Shown: positions 10,004 to 18,246 of the stretch, one piece after another
Numbering within the stretch: the first letter of the stretch is position 1
Layout of the letters: each line of letters begins with the position of its first letter
Source: Thermodesulfobacteriota bacterium
Lineage (GTDB): Bacteria; Desulfobacterota_D; UBA1144; Nemesobacterales; UBA2774
NCBI GenBank assembly: GCA_965216785.1
Contig: OZ244197.1
Span: 2,336,001-2,400,000, forward strand
DNA: 64,000 bases
Direction: 5' to 3'
Program-made: the position numbers and the translations under genes
Notes under the pieces: generated by a model
Seen by the model: the letters and a program-made list of their open reading frames with translations, nothing else
Told to the model about the DNA's origin: nothing
The model's database searches: none

Positions 10004-10828
10004 ATGAGAGTAAGGAAGAAAACTCATTTAGCTATAGCCGCAGTGCTCTTTTCAGTAAGCTTTATATTCATTGGCCATACATATCTTACACAAATTGCTG
10101 GTGCGCAAGATGAGCCCCAGCAGGCAGCTCAGGCTGAGCCGCAAATAGCGATCGAGCCTGAAGCGCTCACTGTGCTCAAAAGGATGTCCGACGCTCTGAG
10201 CTCCCTTAAGCAGTTCAGCTTCGATGCCGAGGTCAATTTTGACGAACCCATAGATTCGGGACAGATGGTTCAGTACGGAGGCGTTGTAACAATAACCGTA
10301 AAAAGACCCAACAAAGTGTTTGCGGAAATGACAGGAGACCGGGCCCAGCGAAAGGCATGGTATAACGGTAAGGAATTAACCATGTTTGATCAGAAAAAAG
10401 ACTTTTACGGTCAGCTCGAAACACCCGATACCATAGATAAGACAATGGACTACCTCATGGAGACCTATGATTTTACACTCCCGCTGGCCGACATCCTGCA
10501 CACGGATCCATACGGGTCGTTTTCTGACGGCGCGTTGGAGGGCGTGGTCATAGGCGACGCTATAGTCAGAGGAAAGCAGTGCTCGCACATTGCGTTTGCC
10601 GGAGAGCTGATAGATTGGCAGATATGGGTTTCCAAAGAGGAGCCGGCTCTACCTTGTAAGCTGGTTATTACATATGAAGATCAACCGGGCGTGCCGCAGT
10701 ACCAGGCCACATTCTCTAACTGGAATGTGAACCCTGAAGTGCCGAACTCCTTGTTTAAGGCGCAGATACCCGAGGACGCGGTAAAGATTGATTTCATAGA
10801 TATGAAGAAACAAAGGGGGGCTAAATAA
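10004..10828 (+). CDS. Periplasmic DUF2092-like protein
   Basis: Signal peptide; LKRMSD.L, RPNK, PLADIL, DWQIW, PCKLVIT, W...P pattern. Confidence 0.8.
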   Translation: MRVRKKTHLAIAAVLFSVSFIFIGHTYLTQIAGAQDEPQQAAQAEPQIAIEPEALTVLKRMSDALSSLKQFSFDAEVNFDEPIDSGQMVQYGGVVTITVKRPNKVFAEMTGDRAQRKAWYNGKELTMFDQKKDFYGQLETPDTIDKTMDYLMETYDFTLPLADILHTDPYGSFSDGALEGVVIGDAIVRGKQCSHIAFAGELIDWQIWVSKEEPALPCKLVITYEDQPGVPQYQATFSNWNVNPEVPNSLFKAQIPEDAVKIDFIDMKKQRGAK

Positions 10829-11748
10829 TGAGATTAAGCATGAGAAATAATACTAAAAGACCTACAGTATTAATCATCTTCCTATTATTATCAGCGCTGC
10901 TCATTGTCACGAGCGACGCTTTCGCCCGCAGAGGCGGCGGTGGACACAGGGGAGGAGGGGGACATAAAAACGTTCAGAGAGGCGGGGGCGGAGGCGGCGG
11001 TGGGTTCGGAAACCGCGGTAACGGTAGCGTCCGCTATTCCGGGCAGCGAAACAATCAGGGGAGCAGGCAACGGAGCGCTCAGCACAGAAACCCCTCACAG
11101 GGAACAAGGCAAAATGTCGGTACCCGTCCGAATAACCCTAACAGGCCCAATAATCCCAACAATCCCAACAGGCCCAATAACCCGGGCAACAGACCTGGTA
11201 ATCCAGGCAACAGGCCGGGCGGCGGCAACAATACCATCAATGTTGACGTTACTAGAAAATATAGCAACAAAAATTATTACGGCGGTCACTGGAACTCTTG
11301 GGGCGGTTACTATTCAGGCTGGGCGTTTGCAAGCGGTCTTGTAATTGGGGCCGCGATTGCGAGCATACCTCAGCAGTCTCAGACAGTCTATGTGGGCGGA
11401 GACACCATATACTATTCAGAGGGCGTGTATTACGCCCCTGAAGGGAGTGAATACGTCGTGATACCGCCTCCTACCGGTGCGGTCGTAACGGATCTTCCTT
11501 CTTCCTGCACGACTGTAAGTGTGGGAGAGTACGACTACTACAACTGCGGCGGGGCGTATTACCTTAGACAGGGGTCAGAATATAAGGTCGTAGAGCCTCC
11601 GGTGGGAGCAATAGTGAGTGATATCCCCGAGGGCGCTCAGAAAACAGATATTAACGGGCAGACCTATTTTGTTTTCGCGGGCGGCTACTATCAGCCGTTT
11701 TACAGCGGGAACTCTGTCGTTTACAAAATCGTTCAGGCGCCTGCGTAA
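10828..11748 (+). CDS. Secreted Gly/Asn/Pro-rich protein with Tyr-rich repeat domain (DUF6515-like)
   Basis: Signal peptide ending AFA, low-complexity region, three YYY..G.YY..Y.VV.PP repeats; TAATG-coupled to upstream gene. Confidence 0.75.
   Translation: MRLSMRNNTKRPTVLIIFLLLSALLIVTSDAFARRGGGGHRGGGGHKNVQRGGGGGGGGFGNRGNGSVRYSGQRNNQGSRQRSAQHRNPSQGTRQNVGTRPNNPNRPNNPNNPNRPNNPGNRPGNPGNRPGGGNNTINVDVTRKYSNKNYYGGHWNSWGGYYSGWAFASGLVIGAAIASIPQQSQTVYVGGDTIYYSEGVYYAPEGSEYVVIPPPTGAVVTDLPSSCTTVSVGEYDYYNCGGAYYLRQGSEYKVVEPPVGAIVSDIPEGAQKTDINGQTYFVFAGGYYQPFYSGNSVVYKIVQAPA
11125..11220 (+). repeat. Intragenic coding repeats (RPNNPN / RPGNPGN)
   Basis: Degenerate tandem units, e.g. AACAGGCCCAATAA twice. Confidence 0.8.
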
Positions 11749-11862
11749 AGCCTTTGGTTTTGCGAAGACTCTAACTCGAAAGCCGGCTAACGCCCGGGCA
11801 AGTATTAAACTAATACCCCGAGCCGGGGCTCCGCTCAAAATACGACCCAAGGTAATTTGCGC

Positions 11863-12696
11863 ATGAGTGAAACAAACGATATAAATAAAAACTCCCGGGA
11901 GGGCTATTCCTTTGGGTACGAAGAGGGGATGCTCGACTATCAATCTTACAGGGCTTTAAAGACCCTTGGCTTTGTACTCCCCTATTTAAAACCCGACATG
12001 GCGGTCCTAGAGTGCGGAAGCGGGCACGGGGTAGCGACTTTTGAAATTGCCAAAAAACTCTCAAGCGGCAATGTGATAGGCATAGATATCCATAAAGACC
12101 TCGTAGACACAAACAATAAAAAAGCCCAAGAATCACATATTGAAAACGTAAAATTCGAGACGGCGAATCTTTTAGAGCTCCCGTACCCCGAGAATTCGTT
12201 TGATCTTGTTTACATGCAGGCGGTACTGGTACATATAGCTCGCCCCGCAAGCGCGCTCACGGAAGCCCGTAGGGTGCTCAAGCACCAAGGACTTGTATTG
12301 GTCAGAGAGCCTATAATGGACAGAGCGATCTTTTCCCCTGAGAACCCGCTGTTCGAAGAGTCCTTCGAGCTCATTGAAAGAACCATAAAAAGCTACGGCG
12401 GAGACCCCAGCATTGGCCGCAAGCTATGGCCGCTACTGCATGACGCTGGGTTTGGCGATATTCTCATGTCCTCTAGCTGGGAGCAGCCGGAGTCGCTTGA
12501 AGAATGGCCCGATTTTTATGAAGGCTGGGTGAAAGCTATGGAGGGGGACGTTGCTAAAATCGTACTCGGAAACGCCTGGGCCGACGAAAAGCAAATTGCC
12601 CAAATATCTAAAGCCTGGATAGATTTCGGGAAAAACAAAAATGGATACGTCGCATCCCCCTGGGGAGAAGCTGTGGGCAGGAAATCAGCCGTGTAA
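11863..12696 (+). CDS. Class I SAM-dependent methyltransferase
   Basis: VLECGSGHG, GIDI, LPYPENSFDLV, ARRVLK. Confidence 0.9.
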   Translation: MSETNDINKNSREGYSFGYEEGMLDYQSYRALKTLGFVLPYLKPDMAVLECGSGHGVATFEIAKKLSSGNVIGIDIHKDLVDTNNKKAQESHIENVKFETANLLELPYPENSFDLVYMQAVLVHIARPASALTEARRVLKHQGLVLVREPIMDRAIFSPENPLFEESFELIERTIKSYGGDPSIGRKLWPLLHDAGFGDILMSSSWEQPESLEEWPDFYEGWVKAMEGDVAKIVLGNAWADEKQIAQISKAWIDFGKNKNGYVASPWGEAVGRKSAV

Positions 12697-12721
12697 TTTT
12701 CTGTTAGACTTTGTGCCCGGC

Positions 12722-13738
12722 TTAGTACCAAAACGAATAAATCCGCTCTATCATCCAAAAAGACGCGAGCGAGCCAACGGCGTAAGCAGCCGGCTTCTCA
12801 AATGCCATTAGGTTCAGGACCCTTCCTTTTGTGATAAGCATAAATATTTTATAGAGTACTATTGCGGCCGCTATGAAAGCAAGCTGGCCAATCTCGACCC
12901 CCACGTTAAAGAACAATAGTCCCGTCCCTATCTCTGTCTGAGGGAGCCCGACTTGCTTTAGCACGGAAGCAAACCCTAAACCGTGCAGCAGCCCGAACGC
13001 TATGGACACCAGTATTGGGTATCTGTAGGTAAGAGTGTCGCGGGGCTCTTTTGCTATCTCGCTTGCCAGAAATACGATGCTGAGCGCGATTACGGCCTCT
13101 ATCGGCGCTACGGGCAGGGTTAGCAGGTTAAGGGCCGAGAGAGCGAGGGTGAGAGAGTGCGCGAGCGTGAACCCTGTGACTGTTATCAGTATCCTGCGCC
13201 CCGTGCCCGCTATGAGTATAAGGCAGACAAGGAAAAGCAGGTGATCGTAGCCTTCCAGTATGTGAGTGATGCCCAGCACAGTGTAGTCTTTGGCGACGCG
13301 TGATTTGCTTTCGCTCTCAGGCACCTGCCAAATGGTTCTACCCGGTTCGAGCAGTGCCGAGTGTGTCTCTCCCGAGTGTGTCTCGAGCCTGATCAGCGTC
13401 TGGACAGAAGGGTTATGAGCCGGGAAGCTAACTTCAACAGATGCCCCTGTGAGTCCGTCCTCGCACCTGTATACTTTCTCGCGGACGAACGAGTCTCCAA
13501 GGTTCCCGGCAAATTCGGTTCCTATCTGCTCACAGCTGCCGGGAGCGTATATCTTTGGGATATTAAACGCAGGGATAGATTTAGGTGTCTTCCAGGTAAA
13601 GGAATACACGCCCGGCTCGGTTTCTATTATTTCTACGTAAACGGGCCTGCTTTCGTGCGCTAAAGAAGTATCTTCTATATGTAAAATAAGTGAGAGCAGT
13701 ATAACTGCAAAGCTTAAGCAGGCCGCGCTAGTTTTCAC
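12722..13738 (-). CDS. HupE/UreJ family membrane protein
   Basis: LGITHILEGYDHLLF, GFTLAHSLTL, FGLLHGLGFA, FNVGVEIGQ; probable GTG start 13738. Confidence 0.9.
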   Translation of the reverse strand: MKTSAACLSFAVILLSLILHIEDTSLAHESRPVYVEIIETEPGVYSFTWKTPKSIPAFNIPKIYAPGSCEQIGTEFAGNLGDSFVREKVYRCEDGLTGASVEVSFPAHNPSVQTLIRLETHSGETHSALLEPGRTIWQVPESESKSRVAKDYTVLGITHILEGYDHLLFLVCLILIAGTGRRILITVTGFTLAHSLTLALSALNLLTLPVAPIEAVIALSIVFLASEIAKEPRDTLTYRYPILVSIAFGLLHGLGFASVLKQVGLPQTEIGTGLLFFNVGVEIGQLAFIAAAIVLYKIFMLITKGRVLNLMAFEKPAAYAVGSLASFWMIERIYSFWY

Positions 13739-14672
13739 CTGAATCGCTCCGGGTCTGGCTGTCTTGTGCCGGAATTTCTGCTTCTTCAGGGCCTTCATAA
13801 ACGATCCTAACGTCGTAGGCGTCTATGATCTCTCCTATAGTTTTATTACTCTTTTCTCTTATGATGCTAAACCGGGCGTCGTCCTTTACGCGTCCGTAGA
13901 TCTCTTCTATCTCAGGGTAGCGCCCGTCTTTTTTACCGCTCAGCATCACGAGATGCGAGCCGTATTTTGACTCGAACGGGCCGTACCAAATAGCATCAGA
14001 AGGGGTGAGTGAAAAAATCTCCTCTGTAAACTCGTCACCCATATGGCTCGATACGTACTCGGGTGTGCGCTCTACGTAGTTAAGGTGATATAAAAACCTG
14101 TCACCGTGCTCTCCGCCCTTTGTGAATGGGACCTGGTTTTCATTAAGTGAAGCAAGCTTCTGCTCTGCAAGCACTCTTGCTTTTTCTTTTCCGTGTACAT
14201 CATTTCCAAAATACACGTGTGTAAAAGTTACGCTGGGTTCGACAAAGTAGTCGTCCCTGTTCTCCTCAAAATATTTTTTTATCTCATCCCCGCTTAGCTC
14301 TGTAGTACTATCTATAAATCCCCGGTTGATAAACTCCACCTTCTGTACGAGCCTTCTCCGTATTACGTAGTCCTCTCTATCAAGCCCGATCCCCAGAGCC
14401 TCTCGGTAAAGGACCTCCTCACGGACATAATCGTCAATAAGATTGCTAAGCTCCTCCTCATTCATGCTCTCGAGTTTTTCGGAAAAACCTTTCTCGTCAA
14501 AGGCCTTTGAGCGGTACTGCATGAATGTAAGGAGCGCATCCTTATCGACTACGATCGTCTTGGAATAAGTCTCTTCCGGAATATCCTTTACAGTTAAATT
14601 ATAGAGGACAAATAACCCTAACCCGATCAATAAAAAATGAAGAAGCGGCTGGCGTATCAGATTTTTCAGCAT
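13728..14672 (-). CDS. Parvulin-like peptidyl-prolyl isomerase domain protein
   Basis: PLLHFLLIG anchor, REEVLYREA..IGLD, FTHVYF, GPFESKYGSHLV. Confidence 0.85.
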   Translation of the reverse strand: MLKNLIRQPLLHFLLIGLGLFVLYNLTVKDIPEETYSKTIVVDKDALLTFMQYRSKAFDEKGFSEKLESMNEEELSNLIDDYVREEVLYREALGIGLDREDYVIRRRLVQKVEFINRGFIDSTTELSGDEIKKYFEENRDDYFVEPSVTFTHVYFGNDVHGKEKARVLAEQKLASLNENQVPFTKGGEHGDRFLYHLNYVERTPEYVSSHMGDEFTEEIFSLTPSDAIWYGPFESKYGSHLVMLSGKKDGRYPEIEEIYGRVKDDARFSIIREKSNKTIGEIIDAYDVRIVYEGPEEAEIPAQDSQTRSDSGEN

Positions 14673-14684
14673 ACCGTGATAATT

Positions 14685-16550
14685 CTACTCAGAGGGCGTA
14701 TACCAGATTGGAGACGTATATGCCCGCTCCTGTATAGTTGCCGGATGTCCTGTTTCCTTAGGGTCTATCTGTAAAGCCACAGCGTCATATAGTGAGTTTC
14801 TGGGCGTGGGTATCTGAAGCGCTCGGATATAATAGAAAGCCCTCTCCGAAGCCTCGAACTCGGGGTCTGTCCAAGAAGTTACAAGAAGCGGAGTGCCTAT
14901 GCTGTTATTGTAGCTTGCTGTTTTCAGATCAACCGTGCTCCCGACTGCGGGCACTTTACCATCGGCCCCGGGCTTTCTGTCGCCCGACCACGCTACGTCA
15001 TACACTTTTTCCTGTGCGTTACCGTCCTTATCGAGCCACCCTTTTACAACCTGTATACGGTCAAGGTTCGCGCCTTTTGGGTCTTTGACTGCTTTGATGA
15101 GAAATGAAGGCGCTTTACCTTGTGGCGCTTTCGTTAAGTCGCTTCCCATGGGAACGCCTTTTTTATATCCCACTGTAGCTAGGTCTTTTACTTTAGTGTC
15201 CTCTTCTGTGAAGTCCCATCCTCCGAACACCCTTACTATTATCCTGGGTCCTGTGGTTGCGAAGACCTCTTTTCTCCTGAAGGCGTCAAAGAGCGAGGCT
15301 CGTGTATTCTCCTCTGCCCATACCCCTGCCAGGCCTGCGGCGCCCATATCATAGCCGTTAGCTCCTGGAATGATCTCTACTTCTTTCGTTCCCGGTGTTG
15401 AGTCGATCGCCATCTTGCCCCAGAAATTATCTTCTTCTGCGGATGACATAGCAGTGTGGGAATCTGTAGATCCGACGAGGCCGAATTTATAGGGATTGGC
15501 ACCCGTCTTATTTTCGATCTCAAGACCTCTTTTCAATGCGCTCCTTATGTAGTCGCCTTTTGAAACTTCTATATCAGGCTCAATTGCTTTTGTGTCCCCA
15601 AGGTTAGAGTCATCGAACATCGCTACACCTTCGTCTTGAACCTCGATAAAGTGCTCGTAGGTTTCGTAATCAGCGAACTCATCGTTGGGTGAGAGTCTCG
15701 GGTTTGTTTCAGAGTCCCCTTTTATCTGCGTAACCTCAACCACAGGCTCCCATGCCATCCTCAGCTTCGCGTACTCCGCTGTGATAGGTTTGCCGTCGCT
15801 GTCCACTGTTTGAAACATTAGTCCTTTACTGATGTTCGAGTTATGCGGAATTGCGAGCATTTCGGCGTTCAGGGATTTTGAAGTCTTTGCCAGCCAATTC
15901 CACAGGTCTTCAGGCTTGTCGCTATCAAAAGAGGTGTAGGGCATAAGCTTTGTGCCCACATCTTTACCGTCCTTTAAAAATACGATTCTATGCAGGTTGG
16001 CCCCATTAGGGGTAGAGGACCATTCCCAGCCAAGGAAGCTCGTAAACTTGCCGGGCTCATTGTGTCTCTCGGCTGCGTCCATAATATCGTTCCATACGGA
16101 CTCCCTGATTTCGGGAGTGTTGATCTCTTCAACTGCGGTATTATTGTTTACAGACAATATAAGCTCACCGAAGGCCTCAGCGTGTTTGCCTTCGTTTGAA
16201 AGCCGGACGAACCTTTTCCCGAACTCAGTATTTGCGACACGTGGGTCTCCGGCAAATAGCATGGGGATCACTCCCATATACTCACTGTGGTCTGAAACCA
16301 CGAGAAAGTCGAGCGGTGTGTGTATTTGTATTTTCGCTTTATTATAAGGGTGTATTACAGGCTCGCCTTTGGCGTAGCGGTATGCGGTGTCGGGATCGGC
16401 GCTCCTGTTCTCCATCAGGTAAGCGTCCGGTGAGTAGCTCGTGTGAAGGTGCGTGTCTCCGAAATATACATTTCTCTGAGGCGCGTCCTGAGCTAGTGAA
16501 AAAGTGCAAAAGGCCAAAGAAACAGCAATAAATGATAATAAAGTTCTCAT
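14685..16550 (-). CDS. Secreted DUF3604-family PHP-like metallohydrolase
   Basis: Signal peptide; GDTHLHTSYS, SDHSEY, IPHNSN, GSTDSH, QERAYTSPIWY. Confidence 0.88.
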   Translation of the reverse strand: MRTLLSFIAVSLAFCTFSLAQDAPQRNVYFGDTHLHTSYSPDAYLMENRSADPDTAYRYAKGEPVIHPYNKAKIQIHTPLDFLVVSDHSEYMGVIPMLFAGDPRVANTEFGKRFVRLSNEGKHAEAFGELILSVNNNTAVEEINTPEIRESVWNDIMDAAERHNEPGKFTSFLGWEWSSTPNGANLHRIVFLKDGKDVGTKLMPYTSFDSDKPEDLWNWLAKTSKSLNAEMLAIPHNSNISKGLMFQTVDSDGKPITAEYAKLRMAWEPVVEVTQIKGDSETNPRLSPNDEFADYETYEHFIEVQDEGVAMFDDSNLGDTKAIEPDIEVSKGDYIRSALKRGLEIENKTGANPYKFGLVGSTDSHTAMSSAEEDNFWGKMAIDSTPGTKEVEIIPGANGYDMGAAGLAGVWAEENTRASLFDAFRRKEVFATTGPRIIVRVFGGWDFTEEDTKVKDLATVGYKKGVPMGSDLTKAPQGKAPSFLIKAVKDPKGANLDRIQVVKGWLDKDGNAQEKVYDVAWSGDRKPGADGKVPAVGSTVDLKTASYNNSIGTPLLVTSWTDPEFEASERAFYYIRALQIPTPRNSLYDAVALQIDPKETGHPATIQERAYTSPIWYTPSE

Positions 16551-16926
16551 ACTAACCTCCTCCTACCAGAAGTGTTAATTGAGTATACATAATATTTAAG
16601 ATTCTTGAACTCAAATTTTATCTTAGCAAACCAACAGGCCTTGAGCTGGATAGCGTCTAAAACGTATAGCTTGCGGCAAAGCCTAGCTGCTCAAAATTAC
16701 TGAGTCCCGCGTCTGTCATTGTAAAGGTAAGAAGCGATATAAGGGCTATGAAGAATACGTTTTTTCCCCCATTTAAGACTCCTTTGGTTATTAGTATTAA
16801 TAATTATAACAAATTAGGTTCCGGTGAGTTCTGATAACGGTTTGATGCCAAAAATTAGAAACTTGCACTATAATTAAGAGTGAGACGAAAATTCCTTTAA
16901 GCGGGAAAAATAACTGGAGAAATAAA

Positions 16927-18102
16927 TTGCAGGAGAAACAAAGACGCAACTGGCTTGGAAATACTACTACTGTCGTCTTTTTACTGGCGATTCTTGGCGC
17001 GCTGATTTATGGTGCTGCAGTTTTCTACAACGGCTACATCCAGGATATTAAGCGTGGCGAGAACGGAGTTGCGGCGATTCAAGTATTGGACGAGTTGAGA
17101 GGCTCGTTCCTTGAGATGAAGCAAGAGGAATTAACCTTGCTTCAGTCTACCGACCAGACGCGCGCGATTGCCGGTATTGAAAACTCGATAAACCGGCAGC
17201 GCCAGAGGCTGTCTACTTACCTCAAACTCGCGGACTATAACGAGGAAATTAGAAGTACCGCTCCCAAACTCATGGTCAGCTTTGAGGCCTGGGCGTCACT
17301 TGAGCTGGATCTGGTGAACAGTAAAGCGGCTCTTCAAGCCGATCCGGGTATTAGAGCCGATAATAGTCAGATAGGATTTCTCGTACAAAGAAGCTTGTCG
17401 TCGTTCCTAAATGTCATGGACGTTCTGGGGGAGGGTGAGAGACCCATAGAAGAGGACATTAAAGCAGGAGCCGCGGCGGCTGACGGTCTGTTTACGAGCA
17501 CACTTGTGTTCGTAGCGTATCTGATCTGCCTTGCGTTCTGGTGGGTGTGGTCGGCGGCCGGCAGAGAGAGACGGCACTACAAGAACGTGCGCGAGTTCGC
17601 GCATATGAGTAATACCGACAACCTTACAGGACTCATCAATCGCGTTGTATTTGAAGACAGGCTCTCCGCCGCGATTGCGGGAGCGCGCCGCTACGGCAGC
17701 AGCGCCGGGGTCTTATACTTTGACCTTGACGGTCTAAGGGAATTGAACGTAAAGAAGGGATATCAATCAGGTGATATAGTCCTCAAAGAGGTTGCGCTCA
17801 GGCTTCAGCAATATACCCGCGAGATGGATACGGTGGCCAGAGTTGGTGATGACGAGTTCGCGGTTCTGGTAACCAACCTGAAGCAAAAGGAAGATGCCCA
17901 GGTAGTTGTGGACAAGCTTAAAAACGCCCTGACACAGCCGATTGAGCTTAACGGCGAGCAATACTCGCCAAGCGTTAGCATAGGCGCTTCGGTGTTTCCC
18001 TACGATGGGGAAGAGCCCGAAGAGCTCGTCAATAATGCGAACTCCGCTATGTATGAGGCAAAACAGGGATCTAAACCCAACGTTGCTTCCATCCAGCACT
18101 GA
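16927..18102 (+). CDS. Membrane GGDEF-domain protein (GDDEF variant)
   Basis: Two TM segments around a helical sensor; DNLTGLINR, DLDG, REMD I-site, RVGDDEF. Confidence 0.9.
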   Translation: MQEKQRRNWLGNTTTVVFLLAILGALIYGAAVFYNGYIQDIKRGENGVAAIQVLDELRGSFLEMKQEELTLLQSTDQTRAIAGIENSINRQRQRLSTYLKLADYNEEIRSTAPKLMVSFEAWASLELDLVNSKAALQADPGIRADNSQIGFLVQRSLSSFLNVMDVLGEGERPIEEDIKAGAAAADGLFTSTLVFVAYLICLAFWWVWSAAGRERRHYKNVREFAHMSNTDNLTGLINRVVFEDRLSAAIAGARRYGSSAGVLYFDLDGLRELNVKKGYQSGDIVLKEVALRLQQYTREMDTVARVGDDEFAVLVTNLKQKEDAQVVVDKLKNALTQPIELNGEQYSPSVSIGASVFPYDGEEPEELVNNANSAMYEAKQGSKPNVASIQH

Positions 18103-18114
18103 TCAATAATGCTA

Positions 18115-18165
18115 CTCAGCTCTTTAGGCTCTTATACAGCTCGTCGTGGATAGAGTCTTCGAGCT
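18115..18165 (-). repeat. att-like duplicate of the 3' end of the glutamate-synthase-family gene
   Basis: 18115-18148 is identical to 21235-21268 (34 bp); similarity continues to about 18165. Confidence 0.93.
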
Positions 18166-18246
18166 TAAAAAATGTAGAAAAGTAATACTATTCAAATTAG
18201 TATATCTATATATAGGAAGAAAATTGAAGTTGAAGGTTTAGGTAGA

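Noticed and set aside
11125-11220. Short repeats as a possible CRISPR array
   Set aside because: In-frame coding repeats without unique spacers; no cas genes
16657-16785. AAAGGAG plus ATG on the minus strand before a hydrophobic stretch
   Set aside because: ORF stops after 8 codons; a frameshift is needed to obtain a peptide of about 38 aa. Possibly a gene remnant, but too weak to call
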